32,000 bases of DNA from Erysipelotrichaceae bacterium (GCA_030604855.1 JAUVVC010000009.1:1-32000); one strand, 5' to 3'; shown: positions 10,587 through 19,717, counted from the first letter of the stretch. Program-made: numbers and translations. Notes: generated from the sequence alone by a model not told the origin.

Positions 10587-11192
10587 GTGTTGAATCTTGA
10601 AATGCCGACTGTCGAGACCGATCGTCTCATCCTAAGACCGGTTCGACTTGAAGATGCGGAAGATATGTATGCCTATTGCAGTGATGATGAGGTTCTCAAA
10701 TATCTTTGGTTTGAGAAACATGATTCTGTGGAGTTCACTCGCTACATCATCGATAAACTCTTTTTGAATCGAAAAGACGTGGGCATGCCGGAGGCATATG
10801 CGATTGTTTTGAAAGATGAACAAAAAATGATTGGGACCATCGATGTCAATCAAGTCTATTTCCATGAAGTGGCGGTCATCGGTTATGTGATCCACCGTGA
10901 TCATTGGGGTAAGGCTTTGGTATTGGAAGCACTTGAGGCTTTGATTCCAGTCTTGTTTCATCACTGTGGCTTCTATCGGTTGGAGATTAATCATTGTGCC
11001 GACAATGTGGCCTCTGGTCGAGTGATTGAAAAGGCAGGCTTTGTATTGGAAGGACGCTTTAGGAAACGAAAGAAAGAGCGTGATGGCCATCGCGCGGACT
11101 ATCTCTATTATGGTCTCTGCAAGGATGATGAACTTGCACTTGAAAGGTATGGTAAGGATCAATATGAAAAAACAACTCGAAACAAAGTATAA
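10587..11192 (+). CDS. GNAT-family N-acetyltransferase (RimJ/RimL-like, Acetyltransf_3 type)
   Basis: ETDRLILRP...EDAEDMYAY N-terminus typical of RimJ/L-like GNATs, and an acetyl-CoA region HRDHWGKALVLEAL. The start is set at GTG 10587 (SD GGAGGTG at 10574-10580); ATG 10602 is an alternative. The ORF-track start 10395 runs through the T-box RNA. Confidence 0.85.
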   Translation: MLNLEMPTVETDRLILRPVRLEDAEDMYAYCSDDEVLKYLWFEKHDSVEFTRYIIDKLFLNRKDVGMPEAYAIVLKDEQKMIGTIDVNQVYFHEVAVIGYVIHRDHWGKALVLEALEALIPVLFHHCGFYRLEINHCADNVASGRVIEKAGFVLEGRFRKRKKERDGHRADYLYYGLCKDDELALERYGKDQYEKTTRNKV

Positions 11193-13746
11193 TCCGCAAG
11201 CAGTTGAAGCGGGTGCGTATCAGAAATGGATAGAAGCAGGCTATTTCACAGCTGGGGACAGTTCCAAGATCCCGTATACGATTGTGATTCCGCCACCGAA
11301 TGTCACTGGTAAACTGCATCTGGGTCATGCATGGGATACGGCTTTACAAGATATCATAGCGCGTTTCAAGCGCATGCAAGGCTTTGACATGCTTTGGTTA
11401 CCGGGTATGGATCATGCAGGAATTGCGACGCAAGCAAAAGTTGATGCACGTTTAAAGGAACAAGGCATTTCACGCTATGATTTGGGGCGTGAGAAATTCT
11501 TGGATAAGGCTTGGGAATGGAAACATGAATATGCGAGTCACATTCGTGATCAATGGGCTAAGTTGGGTTTGTCTTTGGATTATTCACGCGAACGCTTCAC
11601 TTTGGATGAAGGTTTGAATAAAGCGGTCAATAAGGTCTTTGTGGATCTATATAAGGATGGTTTGATCTATCAAGGTGAACGCATCATCAACTGGGATCCA
11701 GAAGCAAAGACTGCGCTTAGCAACATCGAAGTCATTCATAAGGAAATTGAAGGGGCGTTCTATACCTTCAGTTATCCGCTTGTTGGGAGTGATGAGAAAA
11801 TCTCAGTCAGTACGACTCGTCCTGAAACGATGTTTGGGGATGTCTGTGTCTTTGTTCATCCAGAAGATCCACGGTATACGCATCTGATTGGAAAACAGGT
11901 CATCAATCCGGCGAATCATCAAGTGATGCCGGTTTTGGCAGATGATTACATCGATATTGAGTTTGGTACAGGTGCGATGAAATGTACACCGGCACATGAT
12001 CCCAATGACTTCACCCTTGCGGAAAAATATGATTTAGAGAGAATCATCTGTATGCATCCCGATGGAAGCATGAATGAATTTGCGGGTGAATTTGAAGGCA
12101 TGGATCGCTTTGCATGTCGTAAAGCCTTGGTTGAGCGGATCAAAGAGGAAGGCAATCTCGTCAAGATCGAGAAACATGTTCATCAAGTTGGACACAGTGA
12201 ACGGACCGATGCGATTGTTGAGCCTTATCTATCTAAACAATGGTTCGTTAAGATGAAGCCTTTGGCGCAAGCGGTTCTTGAAGCACAGAATACGGAAGAT
12301 CGCATCGATTTCATCCCCGATCGATTTGAGAACATCTTCAACCATTGGATGGAGAACATCGAAGATTGGTGCATCTCGCGTCAACTATGGTGGGGTCATC
12401 GGATTCCGGTCTGGTATCATAAGGAGACGGGTGAGGCCTATGTGTCAGAAGAGGCACCATTAGATCTTGAAAATTTTGTGCAAGAAGAAGATGTCTTGGA
12501 TACCTGGTTCTCAAGTGCATTATGGCCATTCAGTACTTTGGGTTGGCCAGAGAAAACAGCGGATTTTGAACGTTATTATCCAACCGATGTCTTGGTTACG
12601 GGTTATGACATCATCTTCTTCTGGGCGGCTCGCATGGCGTTTCAAGCACGTTATTTCACCAAGACCGTACCGTTTAAGAAGGCGTTGATCCATGGTTTGA
12701 TTCGTGATTCAGAAGGTCGTAAGATGAGTAAATCCTTGGGGAATGGGGTCGACCCGATGGAAGTGATCGATCAATATGGAGCGGATGCTTTGCGTTTCTT
12801 CTTAACGACGAACTCTGCACCGGGTCAAGATCTCCGCTATTCCGGTGAGAAGATCGAAGCGGCTTGGAATTTCATCAATAAACTTTGGAATGCTTCCCGT
12901 TTCGTTTTAATGAATCTTCCTGAAGATTTTGAAGAGAAAGACTTGGAGAGTTTACATTTATCATCGGTGGATCAATGGATCTTACAACGCTTTGATGACA
13001 ATCAAAACAAAATCACACTAGCCATGGAAAAATTCGATTTTGCCTTGGCTGGTAGTTTCTTGTATGAGTTTGTTTGGGACGATTATTGTTCGTGGTTCAT
13101 CGAGTTGAGCAAGTCAAATCTGAACAGTGAGGATCAGGCTGTCGTGGAAGGGTCGCGCCAGACTTTGGTAAAGGTACTGAAAGGTATTCTAAAATTGTGT
13201 CATCCTACGATGCCGTTTGTGAGTGAAGCGATTTATGCAAGTTTGAGTGATGAGGCTTTGTGCATCAGTGAATGGCCAAAAGCATTTGGCAATCATGATG
13301 ATAAGGCGCATCTGGATGTGGCAAAGGTCATCTCGATCATTTCTGAGATCCGCAACATCCGTTCGGAATACAATGTCAAACCTTCGATTCCCTTAAGTGT
13401 TAAGTTATCCTACGACTTGGAATCTGCCTATCAAGAGATGTTGATGAAGATGGTCAAAACGACGATCGTCGATGAACTTGGGGATGAATTGATCACCCGT
13501 TCAATCTTAGGTGGAACCTTGGCTTTGGAAAGAGGACAGTTGATCGATAAAGAAGCTGAGTTGTTGCGCTTAGGCAAGGAGAAGGAAAAGTTGGAGAATG
13601 AGTTGAATCGTTCACGAAACATGTTGGCGAATGAACGTTTCATGGCTTCTGCGCCGAAGCATAAGATTGAGGATGAGCAGAAGAAGTTGTTGGAATATCA
13701 AAGACAGTACGATCTGGTCTTGTTAGAACTTGCTAAACTGAGCTAA
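11164..13746 (+). CDS. valS: Valine--tRNA ligase
   Basis: PPPNVTGKLHLGHA (HIGH) and KMSKSLGN (KMSKS), with a C-terminal coiled coil. The start is moved to ATG 11164 (MKKQLETKYNP; SD AAGGA at 11153-11157), overlapping the GNAT 3' end by 29 nt. Confidence 0.95.
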   Translation: MKKQLETKYNPQAVEAGAYQKWIEAGYFTAGDSSKIPYTIVIPPPNVTGKLHLGHAWDTALQDIIARFKRMQGFDMLWLPGMDHAGIATQAKVDARLKEQGISRYDLGREKFLDKAWEWKHEYASHIRDQWAKLGLSLDYSRERFTLDEGLNKAVNKVFVDLYKDGLIYQGERIINWDPEAKTALSNIEVIHKEIEGAFYTFSYPLVGSDEKISVSTTRPETMFGDVCVFVHPEDPRYTHLIGKQVINPANHQVMPVLADDYIDIEFGTGAMKCTPAHDPNDFTLAEKYDLERIICMHPDGSMNEFAGEFEGMDRFACRKALVERIKEEGNLVKIEKHVHQVGHSERTDAIVEPYLSKQWFVKMKPLAQAVLEAQNTEDRIDFIPDRFENIFNHWMENIEDWCISRQLWWGHRIPVWYHKETGEAYVSEEAPLDLENFVQEEDVLDTWFSSALWPFSTLGWPEKTADFERYYPTDVLVTGYDIIFFWAARMAFQARYFTKTVPFKKALIHGLIRDSEGRKMSKSLGNGVDPMEVIDQYGADALRFFLTTNSAPGQDLRYSGEKIEAAWNFINKLWNASRFVLMNLPEDFEEKDLESLHLSSVDQWILQRFDDNQNKITLAMEKFDFALAGSFLYEFVWDDYCSWFIELSKSNLNSEDQAVVEGSRQTLVKVLKGILKLCHPTMPFVSEAIYASLSDEALCISEWPKAFGNHDDKAHLDVAKVISIISEIRNIRSEYNVKPSIPLSVKLSYDLESAYQEMLMKMVKTTIVDELGDELITRSILGGTLALERGQLIDKEAELLRLGKEKEKLENELNRSRNMLANERFMASAPKHKIEDEQKKLLEYQRQYDLVLLELAKLS

Positions 13747-13818
13747 ATCGGTAGCAAATCGTTAAAACATTTAGTATAATTGAAACGCTTACATATGGCT
13801 TAGGCCACAGGAGGGAAA

Positions 13819-16443
13819 ATGAGTACAAAATACGTATATCTATTCTCTGAAGGTTCTGGTAAGATGAAGAACTTGTTGGGCGGCAAAGGTGCAAACTTGG
13901 CTGAAATGACCAATTTGGGAATGCCTGTTCCTCAAGGATTCACGGTTACCACAGAGGCTTGTACCCGTTATTATGATGATGGGGAGCAGATCCACTCAGA
14001 GATTATTGCTGAAATCTTTTCAAATCTAGAAAAGTTGGAAGCATTGACCGGTAAAAAATTCGGTGATAAAAACAATCCTTTATTGGTTTCGGTTCGTTCG
14101 GGTTCACGTGCTTCGATGCCTGGGATGATGGACACGATCTTGAATCTTGGTTTGAACGATGAAGTTGTCGAAGGCTTTGCGGCTTTGACAAACAATCCTC
14201 GTTTTGCTTATGATTCATACCGTCGTTTCATCCAAATGTTCTCGGATGTCGTCATGGAGATCTCTAAGAAGAAATTTGAAGAGATCATCGATGAAATGAA
14301 GGAAGAGAAGGGTATCCACTTGGATACGGAATTCACTGCGGAAGATCTCCAAGAAATGATCGTTCGTTATAAAGCATTTTATAAAAAAGTCAAAGGCTCA
14401 GAGTTCCCTCAAGATCCTACGGATCAATTGATTGAATCTGTTAAGGCGGTGTTCCGTTCTTGGAACAATCCGCGTGCTGTCTATTACCGTCGTATGAACG
14501 AAATCCCTGGAAACTGGGGAACGGCTGTCAACGTTCAAACCATGGTCTTTGGTAACACGGGTGATGATTCCGGTACAGGTGTTGCGTTCACACGTGATCC
14601 TTCGACCGGTGCTAAGAAGTTGATGGGTGAATTCTTGATGAATGCGCAAGGGGAAGATGTCGTTGCGGGTATCCGTACGCCTGAAACCATTGATCGTTTA
14701 CAACAAATCATGCCTCATGCCTATGATGAGTTCCTTGAAATCTGCGATAAGTTGGAAGAACACTATCGTGACATGCAGGATATGGAATTTACGATTGAAA
14801 AAGGTAAACTCTATATGTTGCAGACACGTAATGGTAAACGTACGGCTGCGGCTGCTTTGAAGATAGCTGTTGATTTGGTTGCTGAAGGCATGATCACGAA
14901 GGAACAAGCGGTTCTTCAAGTCGATCCGAAGCAATTGGATGCATTGTTACATCCTCAATTCGATGTGGCTGCGTTGAAGGCGGCTCCAGTGGTTGGTCGT
15001 GCATTGCCAGCTTCACCGGGTGCTGCAAGTGGTAAGGTCGTCTTTACGGCTGCTGCTGCGGTTGAATGGAAGAATCGTGGCGAAAAGGTCATCTTGGTTC
15101 GTTTAGAGACTTCTCCTGAAGATATTGAAGGGATGCATGTATCACAGGGCATCTTGACAGCTCGTGGTGGTATGACCTCGCATGCGGCTGTCGTAGCACG
15201 TGGCATGGGTACCTGTTGTGTATCCGGTTGTGGCGACATCAAGTTCACATCCGATAAGTCCTTTACTTTAGGTGGTCGCACATTCAATGAAGGTGACTAT
15301 ATCTCTTTGGATGGCTCAACGGGTATAATTTATGGCGATGCGATCAAAACAGTACCTGCCAGCATCACAGGTGATTTTGAACAATTGATGAGTTGGGCGG
15401 ATGAATTCAGAACACTTAAAGTTCGTGCGAATGCGGATACACCTAAGGATGCGAAACAAGCGATTGATTTCGGTGCTGAGGGAATCGGTTTGACACGTAC
15501 TGAACACATGTTCTTTGAAGGCGATCGAATCAAAGCGATGCGTGAGATGATTGTGGCTCGTACAGAGGAACAACGTCGTGCGGCATTGGCGAAATTGTTG
15601 CCGATGCAACGTTCCGACTTCGAAGGCATCTATGAAGCAATGCAAGGCTTCCCTGTAACGATTCGTTATTTGGATCCACCATTGCATGAATTCCTACCTA
15701 CAGCTGAAGAAGACATCGTCAATTTGGCTAAGGAAATGAATATTGAAGTGTCTGATTTACATCAAATCATTGCGAATTTACATGAGTTCAATCCTATGAT
15801 GGGTCATCGTGGTTGTCGTTTGGCTGTTTCCTATCCTGAAATTGCAGAAATGCAAACCCAGGCGGTCATCGAGGCTGCGATCAATGTAAGCAAACGTTAC
15901 CCTGAGTGGAATTTGAAACCTGAAATCATGATTCCTTTGGTTGGAGAAATCAAGGAATTGAAGTATGTCAAAGACATCGTAGTGAAGACAGCGGATCGCT
16001 TGATCGCAGAAGCTGGTGTCAAACTTGAATATTTGGTCGGTACGATGATTGAGATTCCACGTGCTGCTTTGTTGGCGGATGAAATCGCTACTGAAGCTGA
16101 ATTCTTCTCGTTTGGAACCAATGACTTGACGCAGATGACTTTTGGTTTCAGCCGTGATGATGCGGGTTCCTTCTTGGATGCTTACTACGGTAAGAAGATC
16201 TATGAACAAGATCCATTCGCACGTTTGGACCAACATGGTGTCGGCAAACTCGTTGAGTTGGCTTCCAAGCTCGGTAAACAAGCACGTCCAGACATCAAAT
16301 TAGGTGTTTGTGGTGAACATGGTGGCGATCCAAGTTCGATCGAATTCTTCCATCGTGCAGGATTAAGTTATGTTTCCTGCTCGCCATTTAGAGTTCCAAT
16401 CGCTCGTTTGGCTGCTGCTCACGCCGCATTGAAGAATAAATAA
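13819..16443 (+). CDS. ppdK: Pyruvate, phosphate dikinase
   Basis: 874 aa. GGKGANLAEM ATP-grasp start, phospho-His loop GGMTSHAAVVARGMG, and PEP-utilising C-terminal GICGE-like motif LGVCGEHGGDP. SD GGAGGG. Confidence 0.95.
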   Translation: MSTKYVYLFSEGSGKMKNLLGGKGANLAEMTNLGMPVPQGFTVTTEACTRYYDDGEQIHSEIIAEIFSNLEKLEALTGKKFGDKNNPLLVSVRSGSRASMPGMMDTILNLGLNDEVVEGFAALTNNPRFAYDSYRRFIQMFSDVVMEISKKKFEEIIDEMKEEKGIHLDTEFTAEDLQEMIVRYKAFYKKVKGSEFPQDPTDQLIESVKAVFRSWNNPRAVYYRRMNEIPGNWGTAVNVQTMVFGNTGDDSGTGVAFTRDPSTGAKKLMGEFLMNAQGEDVVAGIRTPETIDRLQQIMPHAYDEFLEICDKLEEHYRDMQDMEFTIEKGKLYMLQTRNGKRTAAAALKIAVDLVAEGMITKEQAVLQVDPKQLDALLHPQFDVAALKAAPVVGRALPASPGAASGKVVFTAAAAVEWKNRGEKVILVRLETSPEDIEGMHVSQGILTARGGMTSHAAVVARGMGTCCVSGCGDIKFTSDKSFTLGGRTFNEGDYISLDGSTGIIYGDAIKTVPASITGDFEQLMSWADEFRTLKVRANADTPKDAKQAIDFGAEGIGLTRTEHMFFEGDRIKAMREMIVARTEEQRRAALAKLLPMQRSDFEGIYEAMQGFPVTIRYLDPPLHEFLPTAEEDIVNLAKEMNIEVSDLHQIIANLHEFNPMMGHRGCRLAVSYPEIAEMQTQAVIEAAINVSKRYPEWNLKPEIMIPLVGEIKELKYVKDIVVKTADRLIAEAGVKLEYLVGTMIEIPRAALLADEIATEAEFFSFGTNDLTQMTFGFSRDDAGSFLDAYYGKKIYEQDPFARLDQHGVGKLVELASKLGKQARPDIKLGVCGEHGGDPSSIEFFHRAGLSYVSCSPFRVPIARLAAAHAALKNK

Positions 16444-16450
16444 GCTTTAG

Positions 16451-16471
16451 ACCCGGGCAACCGGGTTTTTT
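16451..16471 (+). terminator. Intrinsic terminator after ppdK
   Basis: ACCCGG-GCAA-CCGGGT followed by TTTTTT, starting 8 nt after the stop codon. Confidence 0.85.
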
Positions 16472-16499
16472 GATACAATAATTGAAGAGAGGTTGAATC

Positions 16500-17504
16500 A
16501 TGATTAATAAATACTTAGGCTGTCTATTGGGGGCTGCGATTGGGGATGCGATGGGTGCTGTGACGGAGATGCGGACACGTAAACAGATTGAAGAGAAGTT
16601 TGGTTATGTACGTGATTTTTTAACACCTCCCGATGATACGTTTGCAAGAGGATGTGAAGCAGGCTCTGTGACTGATGATTTTAGTTTGGCTCATGCAACG
16701 ATTGAAACGATTTTAAAGACATCAAAGATCGATGTTGAGACGGCCGTAGAAGCTTTGATTCTGTGGGGGGACCCATCCAATTTCTACAGTCGTTTTGCTG
16801 GGCCTACGACGAAAATAGCGATACGTAAGCTCAAGGGTGAAGCTGTGGCAGAAGCACATGATTTCAAACTGTGCAATGACAACAGTAAAGCGAGCAATGG
16901 GGCTGCGATGAAAATAAGTCCGATTGCTTTATTCAGTCATGGAGATGTGGATAAAGCGATTCAAATCGCTTATTTGGTTTCAACGGTTTCACATCACAAC
17001 AACATCTCCATTTCGGGAGCTTGTGCGATTGCGGCGGCTACTGCCAAAGCCTTGCAGGAAAATGCAACACTTCAATCCATCTTGGATGCAGGTGTCTATG
17101 GTGCGGTGGAAGGTGAACGACTTGGTGCTCAAACAGGTGCCACTTTGGCTGGGCCAAGTGTCAAACGACGGATTGAGTGGGCGGTTGAATTAGGTAAACA
17201 AGATAAGTCACTTGTTGAGATCATGGATGACATCAGTGACTTGATTGGGACAGGTTTGGCTGCTGCGGAAGCGGTACCAGCTGTATTCGCTTTGATTCAA
17301 GCTTCTTTTGATCAACCCATGGAAGCAATCTATGCGGCTGTAAATATCGGCAATGATACGGATACGATTGCGACCATGGTGGGTGGCATTTTGGGTGCAT
17401 ATCATGGAAGTGATGCATTCTCACCTGATCATTTAAAACTATTGAATCGTGTCAATAACTACGATTTACAAACCTTGGCACAAGGTATTGAGGCTTTTCA
17501 ATGA
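16500..17504 (+). CDS. ADP-ribosylglycohydrolase-family protein (YegU-like)
   Basis: 334 aa. LGAAIGDAMGA, VTDDFSL and GNDTDTIATMVGGILGAYHG are the metal-binding signature segments of the ARH/DraG fold. SD GAGAGG. Confidence 0.85.
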   Translation: MINKYLGCLLGAAIGDAMGAVTEMRTRKQIEEKFGYVRDFLTPPDDTFARGCEAGSVTDDFSLAHATIETILKTSKIDVETAVEALILWGDPSNFYSRFAGPTTKIAIRKLKGEAVAEAHDFKLCNDNSKASNGAAMKISPIALFSHGDVDKAIQIAYLVSTVSHHNNISISGACAIAAATAKALQENATLQSILDAGVYGAVEGERLGAQTGATLAGPSVKRRIEWAVELGKQDKSLVEIMDDISDLIGTGLAAAEAVPAVFALIQASFDQPMEAIYAAVNIGNDTDTIATMVGGILGAYHGSDAFSPDHLKLLNRVNNYDLQTLAQGIEAFQ

Positions 17505-18424
17505 ATACGGCGATTGCATTTCTCGGTCGAAATTGCATTGATGAGTACTATGAATTGAGCGATGTGCCGGTTTTGGGTGAGAAAGCACTCTGTCGCTTCA
17601 TCGATCATAAAGTGGGTGGAATGATCGGTAATGCCGCGAGTATCTATGCGGCCTATGGCAATGATTCCATCATGTTGGATTTCATGAATAAGAATCCAGA
17701 GAATGAACTTCTGATCAAAGATCTAGTGTCTTATGGTGTGAACATCGACGCTATTGACTTTAATGATGCGTATCCATCGAGTAAATGCTTGATCATGTTG
17801 AAGAATGGTGAACGGATCATCTATATCTTGGATAATACACAGGTTCGCTATCGCTTGAATGAGAAGCAGAAAGAAAAACTCTTTCAATGTGCTTATTTAT
17901 ACACGAGTTTTGCGGATTTATTGCAAATCGAAGATTACTTAGTCTTGGTTGAAACATTGCATACGAAGGGCATTCGCTTGGTTATGGATATTGAAAAGAA
18001 TGCATTGGGAATGGAGTGTGATGTGATGGCGACACTCTCCTTGGCATCGATTTTGTTCATCAATGAACAGGCGGACGAAGTGTTGATCGAGCGCTTTGGA
18101 AGAGCGTATCGCCAACAGTTGCTCGATTTGAATTGTCTAATGATCTATACAAAAGCTGCGCAGGGAAGCGTCATATATCATCAAGATCATGTTATAAATA
18201 TTCCTGCTTATCCAGTTGAAGTTTTGGATACGACCGGAGCGGGTGATACTTATAACGTGTCTTTCTTACATGCTTACAATCGTGGTGATTCACTCGAAAG
18301 AGCTGGTCATTTCGCCAGTATCGCCGCATCCTTGAGCATCAAAGAACGAGGTGCGAGAACGGCATGTGGACATGTTCATGAAGTAGATGCAATTCTCAAT
18401 GGAAGTGCATCACTTGCGAAATAG
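17501..18424 (+). CDS. PfkB-family carbohydrate/nucleoside kinase (YegV-like)
   Basis: 307 aa. VGGMIGNAA (GG motif) and DTTGAGDTYN (catalytic/anion-hole motif). ATGA overlap with the upstream ARH gene. Confidence 0.85.
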   Translation: MNTAIAFLGRNCIDEYYELSDVPVLGEKALCRFIDHKVGGMIGNAASIYAAYGNDSIMLDFMNKNPENELLIKDLVSYGVNIDAIDFNDAYPSSKCLIMLKNGERIIYILDNTQVRYRLNEKQKEKLFQCAYLYTSFADLLQIEDYLVLVETLHTKGIRLVMDIEKNALGMECDVMATLSLASILFINEQADEVLIERFGRAYRQQLLDLNCLMIYTKAAQGSVIYHQDHVINIPAYPVEVLDTTGAGDTYNVSFLHAYNRGDSLERAGHFASIAASLSIKERGARTACGHVHEVDAILNGSASLAK

Positions 18425-18460
18425 TACGAGCTAAACTATCATTTAAACAGAGGATGAAAC

Positions 18461-19420
18461 ATGAAACTATATTTAGGAACGTATACAAAGAAAAAAAGTC
18501 AGGGCATTTATCAAGTTGAATTGAATCAAGATCATTTTGAGAATCTTGAACTTTTGCATCCGGTGGATAATCCCACTTACATTGATGTGGACCCTACTTC
18601 GTTGTTTAGTGTCGTAAAAGATGGTTCAAAAGGTGGAATTGCTTACTTCAAAGAAGGTGTGTTTGTAAACCAAATTGTTGAAGAAGGTGCTCCTCCATGT
18701 TATGTGTCCAGCATCAAATCGAAAGATCTGGTGTTCAGTGCGAATTATCATGGTGGTCGTGTCAATAGTTATGTGCTTAAGGATGGTTTATTAGTCGATC
18801 ATCAGAAAATCGCTTTTGGTGAAGGATCCAAGGCGCATTATATCCAATATAGCGCTGAATTAGATCGCGTGCTTGTTTGTGATTTGGGTTTAGATCGAGT
18901 CTATGCGTTCAAGATTGAAGAAGACAATCGCTTGGTTTTGAGTACGACTTATCAAGCGGAAGCTAAAACGGGTCCACGCCATTTAGTGGTTCATCCAGAA
19001 TCCAAGCTAGTTTATGTGTTTACTGAACTAAGCAGTGAAGTGCATGTGCTTGACTTCAAGAATGATAAGTTTGATTTGATTGAGATTGTCTCTGCATTAC
19101 CAGAAGGGGTTGAAGCTCAGAAATGGGGAGCGGCCATTCGTTTGTCCAAAGATGGAAAGGTTCTCTATGTATCGAATCGAGGCCATGATTCAATCTCAGT
19201 ATTCGAAATTGGTGAATCCTTGAAGATGATTCAAAATGTTTCGACAGAAGGTGTTCAACCGCGTGACTTCAATCTTAGCTCATGTGGGAAATATTGTGTC
19301 GTTGCGAATCATGATACCAACAATCTGACCTTGTTTGCGATCGAAGAGAAGACGGGGTTATTGAGATTGTTGCAAAAAGATTTCGAAGCGCCAGAAGCGG
19401 TCTGTGTCGTATTTGCGTAA
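18461..19420 (+). CDS. pgl: 7-bladed beta-propeller lactonase family; probable 6-phosphogluconolactonase
   Basis: 319 aa. N-terminus MKLYLGTYTKKKSQGIY resembles YbhE/YkgB-type Pgl, and the sequence has a repetitive propeller-like pattern. SD AGAGGA. Confidence 0.75.
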   Translation: MKLYLGTYTKKKSQGIYQVELNQDHFENLELLHPVDNPTYIDVDPTSLFSVVKDGSKGGIAYFKEGVFVNQIVEEGAPPCYVSSIKSKDLVFSANYHGGRVNSYVLKDGLLVDHQKIAFGEGSKAHYIQYSAELDRVLVCDLGLDRVYAFKIEEDNRLVLSTTYQAEAKTGPRHLVVHPESKLVYVFTELSSEVHVLDFKNDKFDLIEIVSALPEGVEAQKWGAAIRLSKDGKVLYVSNRGHDSISVFEIGESLKMIQNVSTEGVQPRDFNLSSCGKYCVVANHDTNNLTLFAIEEKTGLLRLLQKDFEAPEAVCVVFA

Positions 19421-19459
19421 AAAAAAGTAGGGGTACAGGTGTATCTCTACTTATTTTTT
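19419..19459. terminator. Bidirectional intrinsic terminator shared by pgl (+) and rubredoxin (-)
   Basis: A-run, then a 9-bp stem AAGTAGGGG / TCTCTACTT (two G-U pairs) with a 10-nt loop, then ATTTTTT. Lies between convergent stops at 19420 and 19465. Confidence 0.7.
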
Positions 19460-19464
19460 CGTGA

Positions 19465-19629
19465 CTATTCTTCGATTGCTTCGAATGTTGATTTGTCTAC
19501 GCCGCAAAGTGGGCAGTACCAATCATCAGGAATATCCTCAAATGCAGTTCCTGGTGCAATGCCACTGTCTGGATCACCGACAGCTGGATCGTAGATGTAT
19601 TCGCAAGCTAAACATTGATAACGTTTCAT
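19465..19629 (-). CDS. Rubredoxin
   Basis: Hand translation of the minus strand gives [54 protein letters not shown] (54 aa). It carries the CxxC...CPxCG iron site and the conserved DWxCPxCG core. Absent from the ORF track, whose shortest listed ORF is 60 aa. Confidence 0.9.
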   Translation of the reverse strand: MKRYQCLACEYIYDPAVGDPDSGIAPGTAFEDIPDDWYCPLCGVDKSTFEAIEE

Positions 19630-19657
19630 TGTGTCCTATAATCCTTTCATTAAAAGA

Positions 19658-19666
19658 ATTATAACA
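19658..19666 (-). promoter_or_regulatory. Extended -10 element TGTTATAAT for rubredoxin
   Basis: The minus strand reads TGTTATAAT about 28 nt upstream of the rubredoxin ATG. AAAGGA / AGGA SD candidates lie in the short leader. Confidence 0.5.
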
Positions 19667-19702
19667 AAAAAATGCAGTTGAAACACAAGAATTGGATTGA
19701 AA

Positions 19703-19711
19703 TGTTATACT
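19703..19711 (+). promoter_or_regulatory. Extended -10 element TGTTATACT for the DUF1287 gene with leaderless geometry
   Basis: TGTTATACT-GATACC-ATG, with six nt between the hexamer and ATG 19718. No SD precedes either candidate start. Confidence 0.45.
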
Positions 19712-19717
19712 GATACC

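Noticed and set aside
10632-11162. 176-aa minus-strand ORF antisense to the GNAT gene
   Set aside because: No motifs or SD. It is fully shadowed by a well-supported + strand gene.
11026-11163. N-terminal extension of the valS ORF
   Set aside because: It overlaps the GNAT gene. ValRS homology starts at MKKQLETKYNP (ATG 11164), which has an SD.
15778-16281. 167-aa minus-strand ORF, and other internal ORFs, antisense to ppdK
   Set aside because: These are shadow ORFs inside a highly conserved gene with no independent signals. The same reasoning applies to the other short antisense ORFs listed in the track.
13819-17504. Functional link between ppdK and the downstream ADP-ribosylglycohydrolase (regulatory ADP-ribosylation of PPDK)
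   Set aside because: A strong intrinsic terminator separates them, and no ADP-ribosyltransferase is present. Adjacency alone is insufficient.
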